Positions 28,033-38,351 of a stretch of DNA of 64,000 nucleotides are shown piece after piece. A model generated the notes under the pieces. That model searched no databases, was not told the DNA's origin, and saw only the letters and a program-made list of their open reading frames with translations. Source of the stretch: a candidate division WOR-3 bacterium (GTDB lineage: Bacteria > Hydrothermota > Hydrothermia > LBFQ01 > DSFT01); the NCBI GenBank assembly GCA_965649115.1, contig CBFGJN010000001.1, forward strand, positions 568 through 64,567, in the 5' to 3' direction. Position 1 is the stretch's first letter; the number at the start of each line of letters is the position of its first letter. Both the position numbers and the translations under genes were made by a program.

Positions 28033-28556
28033 TTGTATAATTGCAAATTTCTATTTATAATTTCTTTTAAATTTTTCAAAGTTTGACTTTTTTCAAAATT
28101 AGTGAAAATAATTTCTAAAACTTGTTCAAATTTAAATTCAGATTTGAGTTCCTTCAATTTGCCATAATTAGTTCCTTTTATTTCTTTATATATTTCATTT
28201 ACAAAACTTTCAATTGCTTTTGGTTTGACAATCCAAACTTGATGTTTGGGATTTTGTTTCTTTTTAAAAATTATCATTAAATCATTTTCGCATGAATTAT
28301 AATCTTCATGGAGTTTTAATTTTTTAGCGAGTTTATCAAAATGTTGTTCATTATCATAATCAAAAACTGCAATTATTAGTTTATTTTTATTATTATTTTT
28401 AATTCTTTTACAATAAGTTTTTATAACTCCATCATAACCACCTGTTTCTACTTCATCTGAGCAGTGTAAAACATCACAAACAGCATTTAGTTTTAAAAAA
28501 TCTCGTAATTTCTTAAAAAATGAGTAATCATTATTACATTCAACAATAAAAATCAT
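27987..28556 (-). CDS. Small TOPRIM-like protein (DUF4276/DUF4435-like), partner of the AAA_21 ATPase
   Basis: N-terminal IFIVEC (conserved Glu) followed by IIAVFDYDNE (DxD) about 60 aa later, the TOPRIM arrangement. Start overlaps the ATPase stop (ATGA). Confidence 0.5.
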   Translation of the reverse strand: MIFIVECNNDYSFFKKLRDFLKLNAVCDVLHCSDEVETGGYDGVIKTYCKRIKNNNKNKLIIAVFDYDNEQHFDKLAKKLKLHEDYNSCENDLMIIFKKKQNPKHQVWIVKPKAIESFVNEIYKEIKGTNYGKLKELKSEFKFEQVLEIIFTNFEKSQTLKNLKEIINRNLQLYNCPINSVKSLTIKNL

Positions 28557-29647
28557 TTTTTACTGAAATATTCAGTATTAAGGAAGGGGTCTAAATCTTC
28601 TTCTTGATAAATTTTTTCAGTTATATCAATAATTTTTGTTTCTTCATTCTCAAATTTAAATAGAAGAACTGCAACATCTTTATTTTCCTTACCTTCTCTA
28701 ACAAGTTTTCTAAATAGATAAGGATTATGAGTTGAAATGAAAAATTGGTTTTCACTATAATAAATATCTTTTGCCATTTCAAAAATAAATGGAGGGAAAA
28801 CTTTACTTTCAGGTTCTTCAAAAATTAAAGTTGAATTTTCTGATGAATGAATTGCTGATAAATAAAAGATGTAGTTCCTCAAAGTATCTGCTAACAATAG
28901 ATAAGAAAGTCTTATAATTTTCCCTTCCTTTTTCTTAACGACATAGTACTCCTTATCATCTACATCTTCGTAAATTTCATACCCTATTTTTTGAAGATAA
29001 AGTCTAAATCTCTCATAAACTTCTCTGTTTCTATTTAAAATTCCAAATATATTTTTGCCATAAGGTGGAATAAGGGAAGGATAATAAAAATTGTATCTTT
29101 CTTTTTCTTCTAAATCCAAATGATAATATCTTTTTACAGAATTTAAGGGTTTTGGTACTTCAATTTCACCAAGGTATTCAATTCCAAAATTTCCTTTATA
29201 AAATTTAAATTCCAAATTTTTTGAAATGGAAAAACTATAAAAAATTTTTCCTTTCATTTTTTCTGTGAGTTCTAAAAGATTTTTTACTTGTTCCAATTCT
29301 TCTTCAAATTTTAATTTGTCTTGATACCTTATTAGAAATCCGCAAACTGATTCAACATAATCAAAAATAATAAGTGAAAATTCTTTGTTAATATCAATAT
29401 AAATTTTTTCTTGAATGTTCTTAAAATAAAAAAGTTCATAGGGGGAGTTAATACGAATAATTTTTTTGTCAATTAACATTGGTGATTTCGTTAATAAAAA
29501 ATTTATAGGGTTTAAAATAGTTAAGGCTTCTAAAAAGTTGCTTTTCCCTGAGTTTGGACTTCCAATAATTAGATTTATTCTTCTTATATTTTCCAACTTA
29601 ACATCTTTAAGGGTTTTGAAATTTCTTATACTGATTTCTCTAATCAT
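28553..29647 (-). CDS. AAA_21/ABC-type ATPase of the OLD/PARIS-AriA-like defense family
   Basis: N-terminal ISIRNFKTLKDVKLENIRRINLIIGSPNSGKSNFLEAL (SMC-like Walker A), a LIFEEPESKVFP Walker B/D-loop, and an STHNPYL H-loop. Confidence 0.65.
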   Translation of the reverse strand: MIREISIRNFKTLKDVKLENIRRINLIIGSPNSGKSNFLEALTILNPINFLLTKSPMLIDKKIIRINSPYELFYFKNIQEKIYIDINKEFSLIIFDYVESVCGFLIRYQDKLKFEEELEQVKNLLELTEKMKGKIFYSFSISKNLEFKFYKGNFGIEYLGEIEVPKPLNSVKRYYHLDLEEKERYNFYYPSLIPPYGKNIFGILNRNREVYERFRLYLQKIGYEIYEDVDDKEYYVVKKKEGKIIRLSYLLLADTLRNYIFYLSAIHSSENSTLIFEEPESKVFPPFIFEMAKDIYYSENQFFISTHNPYLFRKLVREGKENKDVAVLLFKFENEETKIIDITEKIYQEEDLDPFLNTEYFSKK

Positions 29648-29682
29648 ATTTAAAATTTTAAAGGAAAAAATTTTATTTATCT

Positions 29683-29800
29683 GCTGTGTCTAGGAATTCT
29701 AAAATCATTTATTTTTCACCCTTTAAATAAAGCTTCGCCCTAATAAAATCAATAATCTCAAAAAAGTTTTTATAAGTTTGTGTCTAATAATTAATACCCC
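29683..29800 (+). repeat. Compact or degenerate repeat copy plus a fragment
   Basis: GCTGTGTCTAGGAATTCTAAAATCATTTATTTTTCACCC … AAAGCTTCGCCCT … AAAATCAATAATC, then GTTTGTGTCTAATAATTAATACCCCCC. Confidence 0.6.
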
Positions 29801-29821
29801 CCGTCTTAGATAAAACGCAAT

Positions 29822-31219
29822 CTATTTAATTAAAGACCTTACAACTTCCTCATCATCAAAATGATATTTTATTCCCTTGATTTCTTGATATGTTTCATGA
29901 CCTTTTCCTGCAATTAAAATAACATCATCTTCATTTGAAATGGAAATTGCAAGTTCTATTGCTTTTTTTCTGTCTATTTCAATAATGTGAGCCTTATCAA
30001 TACCTTCTTCTATATCTCTAATAATATCCATAGGGTCTTCATCTCTTGGATTATCGCTTGTTAAAATAATAATATCAGCTATTTGTGAAACTTTTCCCAT
30101 AATTGGTCTTTTTAAATGATCTCTATTTCCACCTGCTCCAAAAACCAAAATAATTTTTTTATTATAAACACTTTTTAATGTTTTCAAAACCCTTTCAAGA
30201 GCATCAGGTGTATGAGCATAATCAATAAATACATTTTTTATTTTTTGTAATCTTCCTTTTGGTGGTTTAACGTTTCTTAAAACATCAATAATTTTATTAA
30301 TGTCAAATCCAATTGAATTCAATATGGAAAATGAGCAAAGTAAATTATAAGCATTAAATTCACCTATGAAGTTTTCATTTTCAATAATTTTATCAAAAAC
30401 TTTTATTTTTAAACCATTTTTTGAATTTTCAATAATCTCTCCTTTTATATTAGCATTTTTATAAAATCCATATGTTATTGCTTTACCCTTACAGGCATTT
30501 ATGAAATAAGGACTATTCTCATCATCTAAATTTATAATACCAATAGCATTTTCATTTAACATTCTAAATAATTTGAGTTTTGCTTCTCTGTAATTTTCAA
30601 ATGTTTTGTGAAAATCAAGATGATCTATCGTTAAATTTGTAAAAACTGCTATTTTGAAATTAACATCATCAACTCTATTTAGTGCTAATGAATGACTTGA
30701 AACTTCCATTACAAGAAATTCACCATTATTTTTTAGAATTTCAAACATGTACCTTTGTAAATCTAAGGATTGAGGCGTTGTTAATTTTGGCACTTCTTTT
30801 CTTGAAATTAAATCATTTATTATTGTTCCAAGAAGAGCAGTTTTATGTCCCAATAGATTTAAAGCTTGATAAGTTATATAGGTTGTTGTAGTTTTTCCAT
30901 TCGTTCCTGTAATTCCTATTACAAATAAATTTTTTGAGGGATAATTGTAAAATTTTGCTGAAATTTTTGAAAGTTCAATTCTTGAATTTTCAACAATTAC
31001 TTGATTAACCTTTACATCTAACTTTCTTTCAACAACAATAGCTTTTGCTCCATTATTGATTGCTTCATATACAAAATCATGACCATCAAACTTTTCTCCC
31101 TTTATTGCAAAAAAGACATAATTTTCTTTTACTTCTTTGCTATTATAGGCAATTCCTTCAACTATAAAATCTTCAAAGTTTTCAATTTTATAACCTTCAA
31201 ATAATTCTGAGAACTTCAA
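29822..31219 (-). CDS. murE: UDP-N-acetylmuramoyl-L-alanyl-D-glutamate--2,6-diaminopimelate ligase
   Basis: Mur ligase P-loop GITGTNGKTTTT and the MurE-specific DNPRDEDP (DNPR) motif. Confidence 0.9.
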   Translation of the reverse strand: MKFSELFEGYKIENFEDFIVEGIAYNSKEVKENYVFFAIKGEKFDGHDFVYEAINNGAKAIVVERKLDVKVNQVIVENSRIELSKISAKFYNYPSKNLFVIGITGTNGKTTTTYITYQALNLLGHKTALLGTIINDLISRKEVPKLTTPQSLDLQRYMFEILKNNGEFLVMEVSSHSLALNRVDDVNFKIAVFTNLTIDHLDFHKTFENYREAKLKLFRMLNENAIGIINLDDENSPYFINACKGKAITYGFYKNANIKGEIIENSKNGLKIKVFDKIIENENFIGEFNAYNLLCSFSILNSIGFDINKIIDVLRNVKPPKGRLQKIKNVFIDYAHTPDALERVLKTLKSVYNKKIILVFGAGGNRDHLKRPIMGKVSQIADIIILTSDNPRDEDPMDIIRDIEEGIDKAHIIEIDRKKAIELAISISNEDDVILIAGKGHETYQEIKGIKYHFDDEEVVRSLIK

Positions 31220-31470
31220 AGTTGTTTATAAAGAATTACAAGGATAAGCCCAAAAATTAACATTATTAAAGAAAATGAAAACATTAAGGAAAGTGAGAAA
31301 TTGAAAGCAACTAAATCAACTTTTAAGTTTTCTATTCCAAATCTGATTTTGTGAGTTAAAAATTCACTTGCAGGGTGAGGAGGAAAGTATCTGTTTATTG
31401 ACCAATCTAAGATAGTTCCTATAATAATACCGATTATAAATACAACAAAATAAGATTTTACTGATTTCAA
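31216..31470 (-). CDS. Small integral membrane protein upstream of murE. The start is uncertain.
   Basis: Two TM helices. The longest ORF would begin inside the tRNA-Leu gene, so the real start is probably internal or non-ATG. Confidence 0.4.
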   Translation of the reverse strand: MKSVKSYFVVFIIGIIIGTILDWSINRYFPPHPASEFLTHKIRFGIENLKVDLVAFNFSLSLMFSFSLIMLIFGLILVILYKQL

Positions 31471-31473
31471 AGA

Positions 31474-31559
31474 TGCCCGGGGAGGGACTCGAACCCTCAC
31501 GCCCCTTTCGGGGCCCAGGATTTTAAGTCCTGTGCGTCTTCCGATTCCGCCACCCGGGC
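31474..31559 (-). tRNA. tRNA-Leu (anticodon UAA)
   Basis: Reverse complement GCCCGGGTGGCGGAATCGGAAGACGCACAGGACTTAAAATCCTGGGCCCCGAAAGGGGCGTGAGGGTTCGAGTCCCTCCCCGGGCA. Long variable arm, anticodon loop CTTAAAA, discriminator A. Confidence 0.85.
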
Positions 31560-31562
31560 AAG

Positions 31563-31648
31563 TTTTAAAATTTTAAAGGATAGAGCTTAATTTATGAAAA
31601 ATTTAATGGGGGCGCCAGGAAGCTTAAATATCCTTTAAAATTTTAATT
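31563..31648. promoter_or_regulatory. Divergent pair of promoter-like palindromes (tRNA-Leu on the minus strand, kelch gene on the plus strand)
   Basis: TTTTAAAATTTTAAAGG at 31563-31579 lies 4 nt from the tRNA 5' end. CCTTTAAAATTTTAATT at 31632-31648 abuts the ATG at 31649. Confidence 0.55.
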
Positions 31649-32551
31649 ATGAGGAAGCCTTCTATATTATTAATTTTCGTTATATCCTGTGCTAAAAGTA
31701 GTATGGAGAAATTTTGGCAAGATGGGAATCCTTTACCTTACAGCGTTGCAAATTTTGGATGGACATCAGACTTAAATGGTTTTTATATATTTGGAGGAGA
31801 TACAAGCTTTAATGATTATTCAACTTCAAGAATGATTATTTATAATAATAATTCTTATCAAATTTCTGAAACTTTAATAGCTCCTATTCACTTAAAAAAT
31901 TCCTGTATCGCTATTTATAATAATAAAGTTTATATTTTTGGGGGTTATATTGCTAATAGTCCGACGAATTATTTCTTTTCTTATGATTTAAATACAAAAA
32001 CTTATCAAGATTTAGGAAATTTGCCTTTTGATGCAGGAGGATGTTTTGCTCTTACTTTGAATAATAAAATTTACATTATTGTTGGTGCAAATACTTCTTC
32101 GTTTTATGAATTCAATCCTACAAATAATTCGTTTAATCAAAAGGCATCATTAAAATATAGTAGAGATGGGGCTTGTGCAGTTGTTTTAAATGGACAAATT
32201 TATGTCATTGGAGGAGGAAATGATAAGCTTGAGGCTTATGATATTACAACGAACGCTTGGATTGAAAAGAAAAATTTAGATATTAGTTTAAAAAATCATA
32301 CATGTTCAGTTTTAGATAATAATGTATATGTTTTTGGAGGTCAAACATCTTCAAATACTATTTCTTCAAAGGTTTTTAAATACGATCCTAATAGTGATAC
32401 TTGGACATATATAACTGATATGAAAACACCAAGAAAAGGGCTTGGTTCAGCAGTAATAGGAAATGAAATTTATATATTTGGTGGTATTGATGATAACAAT
32501 AACTTTACAAATAAAGTAGAGATATTTAAGGTTTCTCCTATTGTTTTTTAA
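31649..32551 (+). CDS. Kelch-repeat beta-propeller lipoprotein
   Basis: Lipoprotein signal (VISCAKSS). Six repeats of the xYIFGG/IYVIGG type. Confidence 0.7.
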   Translation: MRKPSILLIFVISCAKSSMEKFWQDGNPLPYSVANFGWTSDLNGFYIFGGDTSFNDYSTSRMIIYNNNSYQISETLIAPIHLKNSCIAIYNNKVYIFGGYIANSPTNYFFSYDLNTKTYQDLGNLPFDAGGCFALTLNNKIYIIVGANTSSFYEFNPTNNSFNQKASLKYSRDGACAVVLNGQIYVIGGGNDKLEAYDITTNAWIEKKNLDISLKNHTCSVLDNNVYVFGGQTSSNTISSKVFKYDPNSDTWTYITDMKTPRKGLGSAVIGNEIYIFGGIDDNNNFTNKVEIFKVSPIVF

Positions 32552-33632
32552 TTCAGTTTTAAATTTAATTAATATCTTACTTGGTTTTTTAAATTTGAAA
32601 GTTCTTTTTACTTTTTTAGATTTAAAAACATTAGATAATTTCTTTTTAATTCAGTCAATATCACTTTCAATTTCAAGTATATTTGTTGTTAGTTTTGAAA
32701 CAACTTTTCAAAATTTCATTCCAAAGATGAATGATAAAGATAGTAAAATTTTACTTACAAAATCATTAATTTTGACTTTTTGTTTTTATATAATTTTTTC
32801 CATTTTTAATTTTAAAATTTTTCTTTTTTTCCCCTATGCTATTTTTCCAATTTTTTTAAGTTATCTTTATGCTATTAAAAAATTTACAATCTCTAATATA
32901 ATAAATGCCCTTTCAATTATTTCAACAACTTTTTTCATTTTCCTTATCAAACCAAAAGAAATAAAATTAGTTATTCTTATATATTTCTTCGTTTATTTAG
33001 TGTTTTGCTTATTTTTGATTGTCTTAATAAGACCACCTTTGACTTTTAAAAAAGAAATTATAATTCAAATAAAAGATTATTATAAATTCTCATTCCTTTC
33101 ATCACTAACAAGCCCTATATATAGATATTTAGATAGATTTATTCTTGGATTTTTTGGGAATGTTGGTGATGTTTCAGGATTTGTGCTAATCAGAAGAATT
33201 GATAATTTCATTAGGCAAGTTTTAAATGCACCATTATCAATAGCGCTTGTAAATATAAGTTCAAATCCAAATTATTTCAATAATTTTTTTAGAAAGTATT
33301 TAATTTTTTCATTTTTTCTCTTTATTGTTGAATTAGTTTTAGGATATTTTATTCTTCTCATTATTGGAGGTAAAATTTTTTTAAAATTTTATTTTTCATT
33401 AATTTTGTTCTCTTTTTCATTTCTAATTTCTGCTATTTTTTCAGTTTTCATATTAAAAGAAAGAGTTCTTAACAATCCAAAACCATTTTTCATTTATAAT
33501 ATCTCATTTGTAGTTTTTTACTTTCTTTTCTCTATAATTTTATTTAAATTTTTTAATTATAATGGTATTGCATTAGCTTTTCTTTTAAGCACAGTAATTT
33601 CAAGTTTAATTAGTATGAGCTTTAAAATTTAA
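32541..33632 (+). CDS. Polytopic membrane protein (possible polysaccharide flippase-like)
   Basis: About 10 predicted TM helices. No specific motif. Confidence 0.35.
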   Translation: MFFNSVLNLINILLGFLNLKVLFTFLDLKTLDNFFLIQSISLSISSIFVVSFETTFQNFIPKMNDKDSKILLTKSLILTFCFYIIFSIFNFKIFLFFPYAIFPIFLSYLYAIKKFTISNIINALSIISTTFFIFLIKPKEIKLVILIYFFVYLVFCLFLIVLIRPPLTFKKEIIIQIKDYYKFSFLSSLTSPIYRYLDRFILGFFGNVGDVSGFVLIRRIDNFIRQVLNAPLSIALVNISSNPNYFNNFFRKYLIFSFFLFIVELVLGYFILLIIGGKIFLKFYFSLILFSFSFLISAIFSVFILKERVLNNPKPFFIYNISFVVFYFLFSIILFKFFNYNGIALAFLLSTVISSLISMSFKI

Positions 33633-33634
33633 AA

Positions 33635-34081
33635 ATGCCTATTTTAATCATAGTTCTTTTAATTTTAGGATGTAAAAAGAAAGATCTTGTAGAATCTTGT
33701 CAAGAACCATCCCAACAAAATATGTCAGGCGTTTGGAAGGGTTCATGGAAGCTACCACCTGATCCGCCTTACAATAGCCAAACAGGTCAGATCTGCTCTA
33801 AAATTAATCAAAATGGAAATTTGTTAAATGGAAAATTGTACGATATGGACAATTCAAGTCAATTTTTTGATAGTATTGATATAAAAGGGACAATATGTGG
33901 TTCTTCATTGAAATTGCAAACTGATACGATGACATTTATAATTAAAATTGTTGCTAAGTTTAATGGAAGTGTAATAAATGATAGCTCATATGGAACATTT
34001 AGAATATATTCAGAAAATAATTATGAAAGTCAAGATGGAACTTGGTGGATGAAAAAAGATACTGCCAATGCTTGTAAATGA
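33635..34081 (+). CDS. Hypothetical lipoprotein
   Basis: Lipobox LLILGC. Confidence 0.4.
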   Translation: MPILIIVLLILGCKKKDLVESCQEPSQQNMSGVWKGSWKLPPDPPYNSQTGQICSKINQNGNLLNGKLYDMDNSSQFFDSIDIKGTICGSSLKLQTDTMTFIIKIVAKFNGSVINDSSYGTFRIYSENNYESQDGTWWMKKDTANACK

Positions 34082-35088
34082 TATTTATTATAATTCAACA
34101 AGTTTTGGAAGGTGCTAAACCACTATTTGAAATAAAGAACACTAATCCATATAATTTATTTGAAAAAAAACCGAATTATATTCAGTTTTTCAAATATAAA
34201 AACAATTACATAATGGAAGGTTATTTTTTCAACGATGAAAATCATTTTTTAAAGCAATTAATTATTTTGGATAGTTTAAGTTATTTTAAAATTGTTCAAA
34301 ACTATTCAAGAAAACAAAGTTTTTTAATACACTATTTAACTTCGCAAGCTTTAATTTCTTATATATTTTATTCTGATTTTGCTAATGTTATTGAAATTCC
34401 TGAAAGTTTTGTAAAACCTTTAAGAGTTTATTTTCCTTTAATTTGGACGAGTTTTAGTTATATTTTAAGCTTGAAGTTTTCACCAATTACTTCTTCTATG
34501 GTTTATTCTTCAACTTCTTGTGCAATTATTTCTTATTTAAAAAACTATTTAGTTCTTGATATTTATGACAGAATTGTTTGGAGTATGATTGAAAATAACT
34601 TTTGTTTTATCACTTCGTACTACATAAAACCTAAAATACCAAATATAACGCGTGGAATTTTTTTAATATTTTTGTTTTATTATAATTATTATAGCTTTGA
34701 AAACAATTTATTTGATATAAAGAGTTCTTTTAATAGTTCTCTAATAAATGCTTTGAATTTGTTTTTATCTTATTTTGAAAGAAAATCAACAAATGGTGAT
34801 GTTTTTTTTGAAGGTTTCTCATCATTTTCTTTTGGTTATAGCTTTTATAATTTAACAAAGAATTATAGGTATTCAGCAATAGCATCTAATTTAGGTTATT
34901 TAACAGGCTTTATTCTTTCCCAAAAGAATGATTTATCACTTTCAAAATCATTAGCAATTATTATTTCAACTTTAATTTTTACTTATACAATTTCAGGAAC
35001 ACTAAGTAATTATGAAAAAGAAGTTTATAACTTCTTGCCTGTTATTCTTTATTTAGATTACTTTCTATTTAGCAAAATTAAAATTTAA
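34078..35088 (+). CDS. Hypothetical membrane protein
   Basis: Hydrophobic ORF overlapping the previous stop. Confidence 0.35.
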   Translation: MIFIIIQQVLEGAKPLFEIKNTNPYNLFEKKPNYIQFFKYKNNYIMEGYFFNDENHFLKQLIILDSLSYFKIVQNYSRKQSFLIHYLTSQALISYIFYSDFANVIEIPESFVKPLRVYFPLIWTSFSYILSLKFSPITSSMVYSSTSCAIISYLKNYLVLDIYDRIVWSMIENNFCFITSYYIKPKIPNITRGIFLIFLFYYNYYSFENNLFDIKSSFNSSLINALNLFLSYFERKSTNGDVFFEGFSSFSFGYSFYNLTKNYRYSAIASNLGYLTGFILSQKNDLSLSKSLAIIISTLIFTYTISGTLSNYEKEVYNFLPVILYLDYFLFSKIKI

Positions 35089-35115
35089 ATGCTCTGTCCC
35101 ATAAAATCAATAATT

Positions 35116-36756
35116 TTATTCTAAATTCAATATCTTTTTTATTATTTCATAGTGATTTTTAATTTCGTTATCATCAGGTTTCTTTTCATAGGCTTGCTTG
35201 ATGTACTTAAAAGCTTCTTCGTATTGACCTTTTTTAAATAATGCCCAGCCATAAGAATCTAATATAGATGCATCGTTTGGATTTAAAGAAATTGCCTTCT
35301 TTATTAATTCAAATCCTTTATTTATGTCTATATTTTCATTAACTAACATATATCCATAATTATTATAAACCATTGAAGCAAAAATGATAAACTGTTTATC
35401 AGTTGTTGTATCAATTATTTCCTGAATGATTTTTATCGTTTCTTCATAATAATATTGTGCTTTTTGGAAATCACCTTCTTTATTATATTCTTCTGCCAAT
35501 TCAAAATATGCTGAATAATCTTCTGGTTTTCTTTTAGTATATTCAATTAGAACCTCCTTTGCTTTTTTTTGAAATCCTATCCTTTTATAAAAATTTGAAA
35601 GTTCTCTATATCTTGATAAATTATCTTTATCATAATCAACTGCAAGTTTATAGTATTTTTCAGCAAGTTTAAGTTTGTTTTCATTTTCAAAGATGTTTGC
35701 CAGTGCAGAGAATAATGAGGGTTTTTTTGATTTAACACCTAATGCTAAATTTTTAGCTTCTTCATATCTCTTATCTTCTACTAACCAATGAATTTTTAAA
35801 ATTTTATAGTCATCTTTGAAATCTAAAATTTTATCAATAACTTTATAAGCTCTTTCCTTCATTTTAAGTTTATAATATGAGTAAGCAATAAAAAAGTCAT
35901 TGTCAGTTGAATAAGATAAACTATTTGCTAATTGTAAATTTTCTATCACTTTTGAGTAAAGACTATCTTGTTTTTTATCCTCTGCTATTTTATAATAAGA
36001 AAAACCCTTATATTTCCAACAATAATCTTCATCAGGGTAAGTCTTTAACAAATCTTCACATATCTCAATAACCCTTTCATATTCTTTATATCCAAATAGC
36101 ATACTCACAAGAAATTTATTAAATTCTTTTTTTTCTTTTAAAGAATAAATATATGCTCTAACACCCGTTAAAATTGCATTTTCTTTATCTCCTTTTTTGT
36201 TATAAATAGATGACAATGCAGCAAGAACTCTAAAATGTAATTCTTGATTTTTTAAAAAAACATCAATTGAACCTTTTATCTCAAAATTACTTAAAATACT
36301 ATCTGCTTTTTTTAGATAAAGTAAAGCTTGGTCATAATTCTTTTTTCTAAATAAAATTATTCCATAATTTACAAGATTTTCTAAATTTGATGTATCCATT
36401 TCATAAAGCTTTTTAAAAATACTATAAGCCTCTTCTATTTTATCCATATTATCTAAAAAAATTGCTTGATATTTGAGAAAGTTAGAATTTTCAGGAAATT
36501 TAAGATATGCTTTTTTTGACCAATTATAACCACCTTTTAAGTCTTTTAAACTTCCATGAATCCTTATTATTAAATCATAAGCTGAACTATCATCCACATA
36601 TTTAATATATTTTTTAAGTAATTTTAAAGCATTTTTGTAATCTTGTTTTTTTAAATAATAATTTGCTAATTCCTTTAAAGCAAATGTATCTTTTGATTTT
36701 ATTCTTTGTTTTAATTTAATTTCTGTTGTATCAATTAATAAAATTAAAAAAATCAC
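35116..36756 (-). CDS. TPR-repeat protein
   Basis: Multiple 34-residue repeats with W/LG/Y/A/F/A/P spacing ([20 protein letters not shown] and similar). Confidence 0.65.
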   Translation of the reverse strand: MIFLILLIDTTEIKLKQRIKSKDTFALKELANYYLKKQDYKNALKLLKKYIKYVDDSSAYDLIIRIHGSLKDLKGGYNWSKKAYLKFPENSNFLKYQAIFLDNMDKIEEAYSIFKKLYEMDTSNLENLVNYGIILFRKKNYDQALLYLKKADSILSNFEIKGSIDVFLKNQELHFRVLAALSSIYNKKGDKENAILTGVRAYIYSLKEKKEFNKFLVSMLFGYKEYERVIEICEDLLKTYPDEDYCWKYKGFSYYKIAEDKKQDSLYSKVIENLQLANSLSYSTDNDFFIAYSYYKLKMKERAYKVIDKILDFKDDYKILKIHWLVEDKRYEEAKNLALGVKSKKPSLFSALANIFENENKLKLAEKYYKLAVDYDKDNLSRYRELSNFYKRIGFQKKAKEVLIEYTKRKPEDYSAYFELAEEYNKEGDFQKAQYYYEETIKIIQEIIDTTTDKQFIIFASMVYNNYGYMLVNENIDINKGFELIKKAISLNPNDASILDSYGWALFKKGQYEEAFKYIKQAYEKKPDDNEIKNHYEIIKKILNLE

Positions 36757-38138
36757 TCAGATGGTTTGTAAAACTTATCAAGGTACTCTTTTGAAATTCT
36801 AACTAATTCGCTTCTTGGTAGTATTGAGAGTAATTTCCAGCCAACTTCAAATGTTTGTTCTATCGTTCTACCTTCAAATCCTTGATTTATCATAACTTTT
36901 TCAAATTCGTCAGCGAATTTAATGTACTTTCTATCTATTTCAGATAAAGCATCTTCTCCTACAATTGCAGCAAGTCTTCTATTATCTTTTCCTCTTGCAT
37001 AAGCGGCAAAAATTTGATCTGCCCATTGTCTGTGATACTTTTCAGTTTTACCTTCACCAATTCCATTATTCATTAATCTTGAAAGTGAAGGTAATATGTC
37101 AATTGGTGGGAATATACCTAATCTATGTAATTCTCTTGATAGAACAATTTGTCCTTCTGTAATATAACCTGTTAAGTCTGGTATTGGATGAGTAATATCA
37201 TCATCAGGCATGGTTAAAATTGGAATTTGTGTAACTGAACCTTTTTTACCTTTAATTCTTCCTGCTCTCTCATATATACTTGCTAAATCGGTGTACATAT
37301 AACCAGGATAACCTCTTCTTCCTGGAACTTCCTCTCTTGCTGAGGAAATTTCTCTCAGTGCTTCACAATAATTTGTAATATCAGTTAAGATAACAAGGAC
37401 ATGGTAATCTAATTCAAATGCAAAGTATTCAGCAACAGTTAGGGCAAATCTTGGTGTTAAAATTCTTTCAATAGTAGGGTCATCAGCTAAGTTTATAAAT
37501 GCTATTAATCTATTACTTGCTCCCATTTCTTCAAATTGTTGTTTAAAATAAGCATATTCTCTTTGGGTTATACCAATTGCACCAAATACAATTAAGAATT
37601 GCTCACCTTCTCCTCTAACGGTAGCATATCTCATAATCATTGCTGCTATTTCATTTGCAGGAAGTCCTGAACCAGAAAATATAGGTAATTTTTGGCCTCT
37701 TACTAATGTGTTAAAACCATCAATAGCAGAAATTCCTGTTTGTATAAAGTCAGATGGTTTTTCCCTTGCGACAGGGTTTATTGGAGAACCTATGATTGGT
37801 AGCTTCTTTTCGGGTATAACTGGACCAAGGTCATCAATTGGTTCTCCTCTTCCATTGAATATTCTTCCAATCATATTTCTACTTACTCCAAAACGAATAA
37901 CATCTTCAACTAATTTTATTTTACATGTTTTAACATCAAGTCCAAGTGTTCCTTCAAGAACTTGAATGACTGCAAATTCTTCTGTAACTTCAAGAACTTG
38001 ACCACTTCTTTTAATACCCGTTTCAGTTTCTATTTCAACTAAAGCTCCATAAGAAAGTTCCTTAGCATTTTTTACTATTAATAGAGGTCCAGATATGTAA
38101 TCAACGGATGTCCATTCTTTAATAGATAAGTCAGTCAT
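36753..38138 (-). CDS. atpB: V/A-type ATP synthase subunit B (non-catalytic)
   Basis: High-confidence B-subunit blocks: [13 protein letters not shown] (degenerate P-loop), [25 protein letters not shown] and PSLSRLM. Confidence 0.9.
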   Translation of the reverse strand: MTDLSIKEWTSVDYISGPLLIVKNAKELSYGALVEIETETGIKRSGQVLEVTEEFAVIQVLEGTLGLDVKTCKIKLVEDVIRFGVSRNMIGRIFNGRGEPIDDLGPVIPEKKLPIIGSPINPVAREKPSDFIQTGISAIDGFNTLVRGQKLPIFSGSGLPANEIAAMIMRYATVRGEGEQFLIVFGAIGITQREYAYFKQQFEEMGASNRLIAFINLADDPTIERILTPRFALTVAEYFAFELDYHVLVILTDITNYCEALREISSAREEVPGRRGYPGYMYTDLASIYERAGRIKGKKGSVTQIPILTMPDDDITHPIPDLTGYITEGQIVLSRELHRLGIFPPIDILPSLSRLMNNGIGEGKTEKYHRQWADQIFAAYARGKDNRRLAAIVGEDALSEIDRKYIKFADEFEKVMINQGFEGRTIEQTFEVGWKLLSILPRSELVRISKEYLDKFYKPSE

Positions 38139-38190
38139 ATTGAAAATTTTAAAGGGTAAATAATTTACTTTTCAGCTAAATCGGTTTTTT

Positions 38191-38350
38191 ACCACTTACC
38201 TGCTTTGTTTAATAATTCTAAAATTATTTATTTTTCTTTATTTCCCCACCCACCCTAAAAATAAGCCTTCGGCTTATAAAAGCCCCTATTTTTTTTCAGG
38301 AGGCTTTGCCCCCTTATTAACCCCCATAAAATCAATAGGGACTTAAAATA
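38191..38350 (+). repeat. Repeat copy (3'-truncated)
   Basis: TGCTTTGTTTAATAATTCTAAAATTATTTATTTTT … CCCACCCACCCTAAAAATAAGCCTTCGGCTTATAAAAGCCCC … CCCCCATAAAATCAATAGGGACTTAAAA. Confidence 0.75.
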
Positions 38351-38351
38351 T

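Noticed and set aside
31216-31500. Full-length 94-aa ORF starting MRVRVPPRAS
   Set aside because: The N-terminal 9-10 codons are the complement of the tRNA-Leu 3' half. The real start must be further downstream, so only the membrane part is reported.
36965-37965. Plus-strand ORFs inside the V-ATPase B gene; also 39656-40334 inside pstB/phoU, 54079-54849 inside the SpoIID gene, 56238-56906, 57628-58508 and 14415-14661
   Set aside because: They lie antisense or are out-of-frame shadows within well-supported genes.
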